Shown here piece by piece: positions 22,145-35,430 of a stretch of 64,000 bases of DNA. The translations under genes were made by a program, and so were the position numbers. Each line of letters starts with the position of its first letter. The stretch's first letter is position 1. The stretch is from Macrostomum hystrix (lineage: Eukaryota > Animalia > Platyhelminthes). The stretch is from the NCBI GenBank assembly GCA_950097015.1, contig CATNEN010000027.1, positions 372,001-436,000 on the forward strand, read 5' to 3'. The notes beneath the pieces were generated by a model, which saw only the letters and a list, made by a program, of their open reading frames with translations, was not told the origin of the DNA and made no database searches.

Positions 22145-22565
22145 GAGAGAGAGGGAGAGAGAGGGAGAGAGAGGGAGAGAGAGGGAGGGAGAGGGAGAGA
22201 GGGAGAGAGAGGGAGAGAGAGGGAGAGAGAGGGAGAAAGAGAGGGAGAGAGAGGGAGGGAGAGAGGGAGAAAGGGAGAGAGAGGGAGAAAGAGAGTGAGA
22301 GAGAGGGAGGGAGAGGGAGAGAGGGAGAGAGAGGGAGGGAGAGGGAGAGAGAGGGAGAAAGAGAGGGAGAGAGGGAGAGAGGGAGAGAGAGGGAAAGAGA
22401 GGGAGAGAGAGGGAGAGAGAGGGAGAGAGGGAGAGAGAGGGAGAGAGGGAGAGAGGGAGAGAGAGGGAAAGAGAGGGAGAGAGAGGGAGAGAGGGAGAGA
22501 GAGGGAGAGAGGGAGAGAGGGAGAGAGAGGGAGAAAGAGAGGTAGAGAGAGGGAGGGAGAAAGAG
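22145..22565. repeat. (GA)n/GGGA polypurine microsatellite
   Basis: Direct inspection. Confidence 0.95.
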
Positions 22566-23104
22566 AAATGAACAGGCTATAGTTGGTTGATATGGAGATG
22601 AGGATAAAGGAGGACGAAGCGGAAAGAGTGCTTAAGAGAGTTGCTGAGTAAATGGGAACTCAAACAAAGGTTTAAAAAGTTGGACAGGTCGTAGAAAGCG
22701 ATTAGCAATGCGAATTTTGAGGACGCTGAAAAAAACTACTTGAAAATGACATATCCGTGTCTCTCCGGAAACAAGAGCTTACTCGTAACCAGACCTCACA
22801 GACTGCAGACAGCAAAAATGTTTCGAAAACTTTTTTGATGGCTAAGTCACGTGACTGACAAAGTCCGCCCAGGATGATGAAGCGACAGACTTTGGACCCG
22901 ATCGCAAATAAATTATTAACGAAAGCCGGAAGCTGCCTCTGCTAGGAAAAATATCTAGCAGTAAAACAGCCTGGCACAATGAGATCCATTCAACTTGCTT
23001 TTGCATTCTTGCCAAGGGAAGAAAATTTCTGCTTGTAAAATTGTTCGCCTTTTCCCGATGAAGATAAGAAAGAATTTATTGACTAGCACAATGTGCCGAC
23101 TTGA

Positions 23105-23570
23105 AAAACTACTGTTCTTAGCTGTTAGATACTGTTCTCATCTGTTAGACACTGTTCTCATCTGTTAGACACTGTTCTCATCTGTTTGACACTGTTCTTA
23201 GCTGTTAGACTCTGTTCTCAGCTGTTAGACACTGTTCTCATCTGTTAGACACTGTTCTCATCTGTTTGACACTGTTCTCATCTGTTAGACACTGTTCTCA
23301 TCTGTTAGACACTGTTCTCATCTGTTAGACACTGTTCTCATCTGTTAGACTCTGTTCTCATCTGTTAGACACTGTTCTCATCTGTTAGACACTGTTCTCA
23401 TCTGTTAGACACTGTTCTCATCTGTTAGACTCTGTTCTCATCTGTTAGACTCTGTTCTCGTCTGTTAGACACTGTTCTCATCTGTTAGACTCTGTTCTCA
23501 TCTGTTAGACACTGTTCTCATCTGTTAGACTCTGTTCTCGTCTGTTAGACACTATTCTCATCTGTTCTCA
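23105..23570. repeat. Minisatellite, 20-bp unit CTGTTAGACACTGTTCTCAT (about 23 copies)
   Basis: Direct inspection. Confidence 0.95.
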
Positions 23571-24569
23571 TCTCTTGCACTTTAAGCGCCAAGTTGTTGA
23601 TTAGAATTTTGTCAAACTATCGTGTGTCTGGTTCAGGCTCTGGCCAGTCAGCATTTATCATCGGAGTCAGGATTCTCTGCCTTACTAGGCAATCCCCATA
23701 TATTGTTATACTCGTACATCTGCTTTTTAATTATTAATTAGGCTGGGGAATTGAAGCTGTCTTGAGAGAGTGAGGTTGAAAGCTGGTGCGACGTCTAAAT
23801 AAATCCCAATTCCCAGTTTTTTCCAAGACACGTGAAATCGACTCTATGGCGGTAACTAAAAACACGGCCGCCAAGACTGAGTGTGGGCTGAGCTGTCACA
23901 GCTGTCACGAATGACTGATTGGTATCTGATTGTATCCCTGTACTCTCTCCAAGTCCTCCCATGGGCTTTTTTGTTTGAGAATAAATGCTTCGCCAATACC
24001 TCCCAATGGGATAATATCCCAAGCCTTCCGAAAGCAATCCTTGTCACGGTCAATATAATGTCACGGCAGTTTGCCTGCTGCCAGTTTGGGTCACCGGTCT
24101 GTCAGCTTGGCCATTTTGATTGAGCTCATTTATCGACTCATGCTTTCCCTAGTGCTCAAAGCGAGCCACTTTTCTGGCGCGCCTTTTCACTTTTTTTTCT
24201 ACGACCCTAGCAACGGTGAGGCGGACTCTTCTCAGAATTCAATATGGGTCTGAGAAACATTGCCAACTATTTTATTGACTTATTGACTGTAAGAAAAATT
24301 GACAGGCATAAAATTTATAAATCAAGCCTTTATAAATGTAGCCCAAACTCCAGTCTTGAGGACTTTTCAGATTCAGTCACTTCAACAATGTCCAATGCAG
24401 CACAATGTAACTTAAGGCTTCAACGAGCATTTCTCTCTAAATTGTGAATTTTTTCTTTGTTGAAAAGAAATGGTGACTTTGGCAATGCAGATTTCAACGA
24501 TAGGCAAGGATACTTGCAATGATATTTGGAAATTTAAGAACTCCGGTATGAGTACAGCACAGCATTGAA

Positions 24570-26110
24570 TAACTGGATGAGTACACTATTTAATGACTGG
24601 ATGAGTACACTATTTAATGACAGGATGAGTACAGTACTGAATGACAGGATGAGTACACTATTTAATGACAGGATGAGTACACTATTTAATGACTGTATGA
24701 GTACAGTACTGAATGACTGGATGAGTACAGTACTGAATGACAGGATGAGTACACTATTTAATGACAGGATGAGTACAGTACTGAATGACAGGATGAGTAC
24801 ACTATTTAATGACAGGATGAGTACACTATTTAATGACTGTATGAGTACAGTACTGAATGACAGGATGAGTACACTATTTAATGACTGGATGAGTACACTA
24901 TTTAATGACTGGATGAGTACACTATTTAATGACAGGATGAGTACAGTACTGAATGACAGGATGAGTACACTATTTAATGACTGGATGAGTACACTATTTA
25001 ATGACTGGATGAGTACACTATTTAATGACTGGATGAGTACACTATTTAATGACAGGATGAGTACAGTACTGAATGACAGGATGAGTACAGTACTGAATGA
25101 CAGGATGAGTACACTATTTAATGACAGGATGAGTACAGTACTGAATGACAGGATGAGTACACTATTTAATGACTGGATGAGTACAGTACTGAATGACAGG
25201 ATGAGTACACTATTTAATGACTGGATGAGTACACTATTTTATGACAGGATGAGTACAGTACTGAATGACAGGATGAGTACACTATTTAATGACTGGATGA
25301 GTACACTATTTAATGACTGGATGAGTACACTATTTAATGACTGGATGAGTACACTATTTAATGACTGGATGAGTACACTATTTAATGACTGGATGAGTAC
25401 AACATTTAATGACAGGATGAGTACAGTACTGAATGACAGGATGAGTACAGTACTGAATGACAGGATGAGTACAGTACTGAATGACAGGATGAGTACACTA
25501 TTTAATGACAGGATGAGTACAGTACTGAATGACAGGATGAGTACACTATTTAATGACAGGATGAGTACAGTACTGAATGACTGCATGAGTACACTATTTA
25601 ATGACAGGATGAATACAGTACTGAATGACAGGATGAGTACAGTACTGAATGGCAGGATGAGTACACTATTTAATGACAGGATGAGTACAGTACTGAATGA
25701 CAGGATGAGTACAACATTTAATGACTGGATGAGTACACGATTTAATTACTGGATGAGTACAACATTTAATGACTGGATGAGTAAACTATTTAATGACTGG
25801 ATGAGTACAACATTTAATGACAGGATGAGTACAGTTCTGAATGACAGGATGAGCACACTATTTAATGACAGGATGAGTACATTACTGAATGACAGGATGA
25901 GTACAGTACTGAATGACAGGATGAGCACACTATTAAATGACAGGATGAGTACACTATTTAATGACAGGATGAGTACACTATTTAATGACTGGATGAGTAC
26001 ACTATTTAATGACTGGATGAGTACACTATTTAATGACTGGATGAGTACACTATTTAATGACTGGATGAGTACAACATTTAATGACAGGATGAGTACAGTT
26101 CTGAATGAAT
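24570..26110. repeat. Minisatellite, 24-bp unit with two interspersed variants (GAGTACACTATTTAATGAC(T/A)GGAT and GAGTACAGTACTGAATGACAGGAT), about 64 copies
   Basis: Direct inspection; explains ORF 24565-26244. Confidence 0.95.
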
Positions 26111-26574
26111 GGGTGAGTACCAATATCAGTATAAATGGTCACGAGGGAGTGAAAGGCGAAATGCAAAAGCAAATTTCGCAACTTCCATGTGGAAATGACG
26201 ACAGAGAAGGCAGTGCTGAGATTCAACCCTTGTTAATTAGGTGAGTTCAGCAAAGATGTGGAAACTTCCTTAATGTAGCCATCGCTAATTTTTAATCGAC
26301 TTGCGAACGAAAGCTTTGCAACATTTTGATCTGGAAATAGGACCTGAGGGGTACGATTCGGCATTCGAATTTTTCTCGCACGTATGAAGGTAAGGTGTGA
26401 TTATAAATGATGTGATTTGTGTGTGTGCGCGCGTGTGTTGGTGTGTCTGTGTGTGTCTAGCTAGCACGAATGCATTCAACGTAAAAGTAATGGGGGTGTT
26501 AAAACGGTTGGAAAATGAGCTTTAAAGTGGGTGCTGGAATGTTATTAAAAGGTTACTTATACTTAAAAATGTAT

Positions 26575-27180
26575 TAGCCGTGAGGTTGGTGCTGTAGTGG
26601 TAGGAATGAAGGTCTGGCATGAGGTGGGTGCTGGAGGGGTAGAGATAAAAGTCTGGCGTGAGGTGGGTGCTGTAGTGGTAGGAATAAAGGTCTGGCGTGA
26701 CACCGTGCTGGAGGGGTAGAGATAAAAGTCTGGGCGTGAGTTGGGCGCTGGATTGGTAGAAATAAAAGTCTGGGCGTGAGGTGGGCGCTGGATTGGTAGG
26801 AATAAAGGTCTGGCGTGACACCGTGCTGGAGGGGTAGAGATAAAAGTCTGGGCGTGAGTTGGGCGCTGGATTGGTAGAAATAAAAGTCTGGGCGTGAGGT
26901 GGGCGCTGGATTGGTAGAAATAAAAGTCTGGGCGTGAGGTGGGCGCTGGATTGGTAGAAATAAAAGTCTGGGCGTGAGGTGGGCGCTGGATAGGTAGAAA
27001 TTAAAGTCTGGGCGTGAGGTGGGTGCCGGAGGGGTAGGAATAAAAGTCTGGGGCGTGAGGTGGGTGCTGGAGGGGTAGGAATATGTCTGTGGCGTGAGGT
27101 GGGTGCTGGAGGTAGGAATCAAAAGGTCTGTGGCGTGAAGTGGTTGCTGGAGGGTAGGAAAAGGAAGGTCAGTGCAGGTT
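26575..27180. repeat. Minisatellite, about 40-bp unit GGTAGAAATAAAAGTCTGGGCGTGAGGTGGGCGCTGGATT (about 15 copies)
   Basis: Direct inspection. Confidence 0.92.
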
Positions 27181-27839
27181 TCCACGTGTCAGAGTATAAT
27201 GCTTTGAATTTAAAAGAATCGAATGCTCTCTGAATGGAGAGCTAAAAACTGAGACCTTTCAGCAATGTGGGAATTTCTTTCTCTAGGTTCTCTAGGATCA
27301 CAATCACAATTTCTTTATCCAAGAATGTAAGGAGCGCAGGAACCAATTAATTCTTGATGAAGCATCTAGGGGAAACAAAGATTTCATTACTCGTCAGTTC
27401 TTTGCCAATGGCTGCATTTGATGGCACACAATCTTGGTGTCAATCAGCTTGTTCAGGTGCAGACAGATCCGCGGAGGCAGAAAAAAGGAAGCTACAAAAC
27501 ATCGGGGCATTTTATTGCGACTCCCATTCCAGCACTAGCACAGAGTTTCGCTTCCAGTTTTTTTTTCCACTGCGGCTGCATCAAAGTGTATGCCCTTGTT
27601 GGAACACAAACAAAGGTATAGATAAAGAGACGAGAGAATTGGGAAAAATGCGAGATAATACTCGTCCAATGTGCAGACAGACCTCGAAAAATAAGGCCAA
27701 ATTCCTTGCCTTTGCATCCAAACTAGACTTTCAAAAACAGCATTCCTTGTAGCCTACAATAGTTGCCTCAGAAGCAACAGCTTGACTGGCTAGATAATAA
27801 ATTTGATGCACTATCGACATTGATGGAAGCACCAACCGC

Positions 27840-28540
27840 ACGACTAGACCATCCCGTCTAACAGCTAGACCATCCTGTCTAACAGCTAGACCATCCCGTC
27901 TAACAGCTAGACCATCCCGTCTAACAGCTAGACCATCCCGTCTAACAGCTAGACCATCCCGTCTAAAAGCTAGTATACCATCCTGTCTTACAGGTTGACC
28001 ATCCTGTCTAACAGCTAGATCATCCTGTCTAACAGCTAGACCATCCCGTCTATCAGCTAGACCATCCTTTTTAACAGCTAGACCATCCCGTCTAACAGCT
28101 AGACCATCCCGTCTAACAGCTAGACCATCCCGTCTAACAGCTAGATCATCCTGTCTAACAGCTAGATCATCCTGTCTAACAGCTAGACCATCCTGTCTAA
28201 CAGCTAGACCATCCTGTCTAACAGCTAGACCATCCTGTCTAAAAGCTAGTATACCATCCTGTCTTACAGGTTGACCATCCTGTCTAACAGCTAGATCATC
28301 CTGTCTAACAGCTAGACCATCCCGTCTATCAGCTAGACCATCCTTTTTAACAGCTAGACCATCCCGTCTAACAGCTAGACCATCCCGTCTAACAGCTAGA
28401 CCATCCCGTCTAACAGCTAGACCATCCTGTCTAACAACTGGACAATCCTGTCTAACAGCTAGACCATCCTGTCTAACAACTGGACAATCCTGTCTAACAG
28501 CTAGACCATCCTGTCTAACAACTGGACGATCCAGTCTAAC
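27840..28540. repeat. Minisatellite, 21-bp unit CTAACAGCTAGACCATCC(C/T)GT (about 33 copies)
   Basis: Direct inspection; the minus strand reads (VRRDGLA/VRQDGLA)n in ORF 27731-28906. Confidence 0.95.
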
Positions 28541-29114
28541 AAGAGGCGACTCAGGCGTATGGCAGGGTTCGTCTGTCAGTTGTGCAATAGCTGTGCTCAT
28601 CTCCTGCACTTCTTTGGCCCCAACCAACCGCGCTACTTTCTTGGAAAGGTCGATTGCCCAGACGACATGATAGTTCAGGCCCGCTTCCTTATCTGCGCCC
28701 ACCGATCTACTAAGATGAGAGCTCGGGGAGCCGTGAGAGCGAAAATCCCCGCAGGATTCATCGCCGGAATAAATGGGAGAAATAGGAGAAATGGGAGAAA
28801 TAGGATTGCTTCCTCTGCCCATGGGTCTGCTCAACCGCCCTCCGCCCTTCCCGATGGAGCAGTTTTTAGCATAGGAAAAAAGAAAAAATTTGAGGAATAT
28901 TCGCATCCCAGGGAAAGATATGGAGTGAGAGAGGCCGGACTATTGCCAGTATTCGATCTCCCAGACCCTGTCGCGATCATGCGGAAGCAGCAGCTGCGAC
29001 CATCTGTGTCGCTGTGCTAGCCGTCACAAACTTGCCAGCTCGTCCTTTCCATCAGCTAGTGTCCTAAAACAGAAAACTTTTTTAGAAAAAAAATAAAAAA
29101 GAAAAAAACTGCTT

Positions 29115-29415
29115 ACCCTGTTGCTTAGCCCAATTCTCACACCCTTTACCCCGTTGCTTAGCCCAATTCTCACACCCTTTACCCTGTTGCTTAGCCCAAT
29201 TCTCACACCCTTTACCCCGTTGCTTAGCCCAATTCTCACACCCTTTACCCCGTTGCTTAGCCCAATTCTCACACCCTTTACCCTGTTGCTTAGCCCAATT
29301 CTCACACCCTTTACCCTGTTGCTTAGCCCAATTCTCACACCCTTTACCCTGTTGCTTAGCCCAATTCTCACACCCTTTACCCCGTTGCTTAGCCCAATTC
29401 TCACACCCTTTACCC
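29115..29415. repeat. Minisatellite, 33-bp unit GTTGCTTAGCCCAATTCTCACACCCTTTACCC(T/C) (about 9 copies)
   Basis: Direct inspection. Confidence 0.95.
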
Positions 29416-29879
29416 TTCAATTCAATCACCACTCACTCTCTCCTCATCCATATTCCCTATCCTTTTTTACATCATTCACCCTTGTCACAAACTCCATTTA
29501 TACTCACCTTTCCCGTCTCCCAAGGTCTCCCAACGGGATATAGAAGTTGTCAAATATTTGATACCGGGCCAGCCATATCTGGATACAAATGGGATGTGAA
29601 AATGTGCCTTCAAGCGGCTGTGTGGTCGGCCAAACGGTCACACCACAAAACTGATTCTGAGGTTGTTGCTGGATGATGAAAGGCCAAACCGGCTGTTTGC
29701 TAGCTGTCAACTGGGGATTTCTAGCGTCCAACCGAAGCAGAGGGTTATCCCATATTATTTCGTGACGTCGGTTTTTCATTCGCATGTTATTGCCTGCCCA
29801 TCAAACTTCGATAACTGCCAGAAATTAGAAAAGTGTAGGGAATTCATTACAATACTGACAATTCTGAGCTCCTATGTAC

Positions 29880-30620
29880 TCTCTCCTTCCACTCTCTCCT
29901 TCCACTCTCTCCTTCCACTCTCTCCTTCCACTCTCTCTTTCCACTCTCTCTATCCACTCTCTCTATCCACTCTCTCCTTCCACTCTCTCCTTCCACTCTC
30001 TCCTTCCACTCTCTCCTTCCACTCTCTCCTTCCAATTTCTCCTTCCACTCTTTCCTTCCACTCTCTCCTTCCACTCTCTCCTTCCACTCTCTCCTTCCAC
30101 TCTCTCCTTCCACTCTCTCCTTCCACTCTCTCCTTCCACTCTCTCCTTCCACTCTCTCCTTCCACTCTCTCCTTTCCACTCTCTATATCCACTCTCTCTA
30201 TCCACTCTCTCTATCCACTCTCTCTATCCACTCTCTCTATCCACTCTCTCTATCCACTATCTCTATCCACTATCTCTATCCACTATCTCTATCCACTCTC
30301 TCTATCCACTCTCTCTATCCACTATCTCTATCCACTATCTCTATCCACTATCTCTATCCACTCTCTCTATCCACTCTCTCTATCCACTCTCTCTATCCAC
30401 TCTCTCTATCCACTCTCTCTTTCCACTCTCTCCTTTCCACTCTCTATATCCGCTATCTCTATCCACTGTCTCTATCCACTCTCTATATCCGCTATCTCTA
30501 TCCACTATCTCTATCCACTCTCTCTATCCACTCTCTCTATCCACTCTCTCTATCCACTCTCTATATCCGCTATCTCTATCCACTATCTCTATCCACTCTC
30601 TCTATTCACGCTCTCTCTCT
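29880..30620. repeat. Polypyrimidine minisatellite, 13-bp unit grading from CCACTCTCTCCTT to CCACTCTCTCTAT
   Basis: Direct inspection. Confidence 0.93.
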
Positions 30621-31364
30621 TTCAGTTAAAATTCCCGGAGGAATGTTTATAGAAAGCAAAGCTATTCTTAATTCTTGAAAATTTCCATCCCATTCGCATT
30701 AAAGAATTGAAATCCCATTGCAATAAGCCTCACAGGCCTCGCTATGCTCTCGGAGTAAACAGTTGCGCAAAATAATCCCAATCCCTATAATAATGCTAAT
30801 AGCAAGGAGCAGCAATCTCAACTGATTGCTTCTCTTCTTATTCTTCTTCACAGGAGAAGATTTGGCAATGCGATGAAAGATGAAGCGTTTTGATTGCATC
30901 AGGCAATTTTATTAATTCGCTCATTCACTTGAGGCCCAACATTTTTCGGCCCAAAAGTCACGCAGAAACTTTCTTTTATCGTCACAAATTTATTCACGAT
31001 AATCTCCTAGTCGAGCCAGTCAATGTGTGGAGATAAAAAAGCAGTTTTTTTCAAGAGAAAAATTTCGACAAAGAACTTATCATTTATAATGAGTATTTGG
31101 GGTCTAGGAGGTGGGAAGAGGAGGGACAACTCTGGGAAGACACGGGAGTCTGGCGCGAATGCACCAGAGTGAGATATGCTAAATTGCATTTTGCACCACG
31201 GTGTAATATGTATTACATAGGAGACACTGCGGTCATGCAGTCAAAGGCATCTGACTCCAGTTGCTGATGCGAAAACTAATTAGTAAGCCTGTCCTGTCAC
31301 TGGTCACATTCTTTTCGTTTTGCTTCTCGTTTTTTCTTTCGCTTTTCCTTCCTTCTTGCTAACC

Positions 31365-34320
31365 TTCTCATCCCCTCCCTCTAACATTCTCATCCCATCC
31401 CTCTAACCTTCTCATCCCCTCCCTCTAACCTTCTCATCCCATCGCTCTAACCTTCTCATCCCCTCCCTCTAACCTTCTCATCCCATCGCTCTAACCTTCT
31501 CATCCCATCCCTCTAACCTTCTCATCACATCCCTCTAACCTTCTCATCCCATCCCTCTAACCTTCTCATCCCCTCCCTCTAACCTTCTCATCCCATCGCT
31601 CTAACCTTCTCATCCCCTCCCTCTAACCTTCTCATCCCCTCCCTCTAACCTTCTCATCCCCTCCCTCTAACCTTCTCATCCCATCGCTCTAACCTTCTCA
31701 TCCCATCCCTCTAACCTTCTCATCACATCCCTCTAACCTTCTCATCCCATCCCTCTAACCTTCTCATCCCCTCCCTCTAACCTTCTCATCCCATCGCTCT
31801 AACCTTCTCATCCCCTCCCTCTAACCTTCTCATCCCATCCCTCTAACCTTTTTATCCCCTCCCTCTAACCTTCTCATCCCATCCCTCCAACCTTCTCATC
31901 CCATCCCTCTAACCTTCTCATCCCATCCCTCTAACCTTTTTATCCCCTCCCTCTAACCTTCTCATCCCATCCCTCTAACATTCTCATCCCCTCCCTCTAA
32001 CCTTCTCATCCCATCCCTCTAACCTTTTTATCCCCTCCCTCTAACCTTCTCATCCCATCCCTCTAACCTTCTCAACCCATCCCTCTAACCTTCTCATCCC
32101 ATCCCTCCAACCTTCTCATCCCATCCCTCTAACATTCTCATCCCCTCCCTCTAACCTTCTCATCCCATCGCTCTAACCTTCTCATCCTATCCCTCTAACC
32201 TTCTCAACCCATCCCTCTAACCTTCTCATCCCATCCCTCCAACCTTCTCATCCCCTCCCTCTAACCTTCTCATCCCATCGCTCTAACCTTCTCATCCTAT
32301 CCCTCTAACCTTCTCATCCCCTCCCTCTAACCTTCTCATCCCATCCCTCTAACCTTCTCATCCCCTCCCTCTAACCTTCTCATCCCATCCCTCTAATCTT
32401 CTCATCCCATCCCTCTAACCTTCTCATCCCCTCCCTCTAACCTTCTCATCCCATCCCTCTAACCTTCTCATCCCATCCCTCTAACCTTCTCATCCCCTCC
32501 CTCTAACCTTCTCATCCCCTCCCTCTAACCTTCTCATCCCATCCCTCTAACCTTCTCATCCCCTCCCTCTAACCTTCTCATCCCATCGCTCTAACCTTCT
32601 CATCCTATCCCTCTAACCTTCTCATCCCCTCCCTCTAACCTTCTCATCCCCTCCCTCTAACCTTCTCATCCCATCCCTCTAACCTTTTTATCCCCTCCCT
32701 CTAACCTTCTCATCCCATCCCTCTAACCTTCTCATCCCCTCCCTCTAACCTTCTCATCCCATCCCTCCAACCTTCTCATCCCATCCCTCTAACCTTCTCA
32801 TCCCATCCCTCTAACATTTTTATCCCACCCACTAACCTTCTCATCCCATCCCTCTAACCTTCTCATCCCATCCCTCTAACCTTCTCATCCCATCCCTCTA
32901 ATCTTCTCATCCCATCCCTCTAACCTTCTCATCCCATCCCTCTAACCTTCTCATCCCATCCCTCTAACCTTCTCATCCCATCCCTCCAACCTTCTCATCC
33001 CATCCCTCTAACCTTCTCATCCCATCCCTCTAACCTTCTCATCCCATCCCTCTAATCTTCTCATCCCATCCCTCTAACCTTCTCATCCCATCCCTCTAAC
33101 CTTCTCATCCCATCCCTCTAACCTTCTCATCCCATCCCTCTAACCTTCTCATCCCATCCCTCCAACCTTCTCATCCCATCCCTCTAACCTTCTCATCCCA
33201 TCCCTCTAACCTTTTTATCCCTCCCTCTAACCTTCTCATCCCATCCCTCTAACCTTCTCAACCCATCCCTCTAACCTTCTCATCCCATCCCTCCAACCTT
33301 CTCATCCCATCTCTCTAACATTCTCATCCCCTCCCTCTAACCTTCTCATCCCATCGCTCTAACCTTCTCATCCCATCCCTCTAATCTTCTCATCCCATCC
33401 CTCTAACCTTCTCATCCCATCCCTCTAACCTTCTCATCCCATCCCTCTAACCTTCTCATCCCATCCCTCTAACCTTCTCATCCCATCCCTCTAACCTTTT
33501 TATTCCCTCCCTCTGACCTTCTCATCCCATCGCTCTAACCTTCTCATCCTATCCCTCTAACCTTCTCATCCCCTCCCTCTAACCTTCTCATCCCATCCCT
33601 CTAACCTTCTCATCCCCTCCCTCTAACCTTCTCATCCCATCCCTCTAACCTTCTCATCCCATCCCTCTAACCTTTTTATTCCCTCCCTCTGACCTTCTCA
33701 TCCCATCGCTCTAACCTTCTCATCCCATCCCTCTAATCTTCTCATCCCATCCCTCTAACCTTCTCATCCCATCCCTCTAACCTTCTCATCCCATCCCTCT
33801 AACCTTCTCATCCCATCCCTCTAACCTTCTCATCCCATCCCTCTAACCTTCTCATCCCCTCCCTCTAACCTTCTCATCCCATCCCTCCAACCTTCTCATC
33901 CCATCCCTCTAACCTTCTCATCCCATCCCTCTAACCTTTTTATTCCCTCCCTCTGACCTTCTCATCCCCTCCCTCTAACCTTCTCATCCCATCCCTCTAA
34001 CCTTCTCATCCCCTCCCTCTAACCTTCTCATCCCATCCCTCTAATCTTCTCATCCCATCCCTCTAACCTTCTCATCCCCTCCCTCTAACCTTCTCATCCC
34101 ATCCCTCTAACCTTCTCATCCCATCCCTCTAACCTTCTCATCCCCTCCCTCTAACCTTCTCATCCCCTCCCTCTAACCTTCTCATCCCATCCCTCTAACC
34201 TTCTCATCCCCTCCCTCTAACCTTCTCATCCCATCGCTCTAACCTTCTCATCCTATCCCTCTAATCTTCTCATCCCCTCCCTCTAACCTTCTCATCCCAT
34301 CCCTCTAACCTTCTCATCCT
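31365..34320. repeat. Large minisatellite, 22-bp unit CTCTAACCTTCTCATCCC(A/C)TCC (about 134 copies, 3 kb)
   Basis: Direct inspection. Confidence 0.97.
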
Positions 34321-34824
34321 TTACTTTAATTATCCAGATTCGCTAAGTTTTTGCTAATATTTCGAGTTTTCTGCCTCAGCAACTGTATTTTTCTCAGCCA
34401 CAATATCTGAGCTTAATCCGTTCTTAGCACTCAGCTCACTGAGCCCCCAAAAAAGCTCACCTCGTGGCTGTCACATCCTTGAGCGGGCGCTGACAGCCCA
34501 AAATCTTCGCCGGGCTGGCCGATAAGTCATAATCCCGTCAGAAATGCTTAGTCCCCAGTGACATAAATTCCGCACAACTAGGGTGGGATATTTTCCGCTA
34601 AAGAAGCCGCCTGATTATCCCTCAGCCCAGTTTGCCTCACTGAGTGCACTGTGAGCCTGCCTTAACTGCCGCCACTACCAGCTGCTCCGCGTCTATCACT
34701 GCATGGTTTCACGCTCCAAAGAGTTATTTAGATTTGAACAATCTTAGCGAATTCTGTCTTCTGTTTACACTGAACAATCCCACTGACTCATTTATATGCA
34801 TGTGAGCAAGAGTGAGTGGAAGAT

Positions 34825-35430
34825 TGAGCAGTTGCTCAGAGTCACAGCTTGAGCAGTAGCTCAGAGTCATAGTTTGAGCAGTAGCTCAGAGTCACAGCTT
34901 GAGCAGTTGCTCAGAGTCATAGCTTGAGCAGTTGCTCAGAGTCATAGTTTGAGCAGTAGCTCAGAGTCACAGCTTGAGCAGTTGCTCAGAGTCATAGTTT
35001 GAGCAGTAGCTCAGAGTCACAGCTTGAGCAGTTGCTCAGAGTCACAGCTTGAGCAGTTGCTCAGATTCACAGCTTGAGCAGTAGCTCAGATTCACAGCTT
35101 GAGCAGTTGCTTAGAGTCACAGCTTGAGCAGTTGCTCAGATTCACAGCTTGAGCAGTTGCTCAGATTCACAGCTTGAGCAGTTGCTCAGAGTCACAGCTT
35201 GAGCAGTTGCTCAGAGTCACAGCTTGAGCAGTTGCTCAGAGTCACAGCTTGAGCAGTTGCTCAGAGTCACAGCTTGAGCAGTTGCTCAGAGTCACAGCTT
35301 GAGCAGTTGCTCAGAGTCACAGCTTGAGCAGTTGCTCAGAGTCATAGCTTGAGCAGTTGCTCAGATTCACAGCTTGAGCAGTTGCTCAGATTCACAGCTT
35401 GAGCAGTTGCTCAGAGTCATAGCTTGAGCA
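34825..35430. repeat. Minisatellite, 25-bp unit GAGCAGTTGCTCAGAGTCACAGCTT (about 24 copies) containing the palindrome TGAGCA-GT-TGCTCA
   Basis: Direct inspection. Confidence 0.95.

Noticed and set aside
24565-26244. 559-aa ORF, and similar long ORFs at 19704-20553, 22057-22582, 29663-30652, 40460-41110, 49434-49942 and 50462-51548
   Set aside because: They are translations of stop-free minisatellite units, often open in several frames or on both strands, with no splice context or unique coding sequence.
34825-35430. CRISPR-like palindromic 25-bp repeat (also considered for the other arrays)
   Set aside because: Units are head-to-tail with no unique spacers, no cas genes are present, and the context is eukaryotic.
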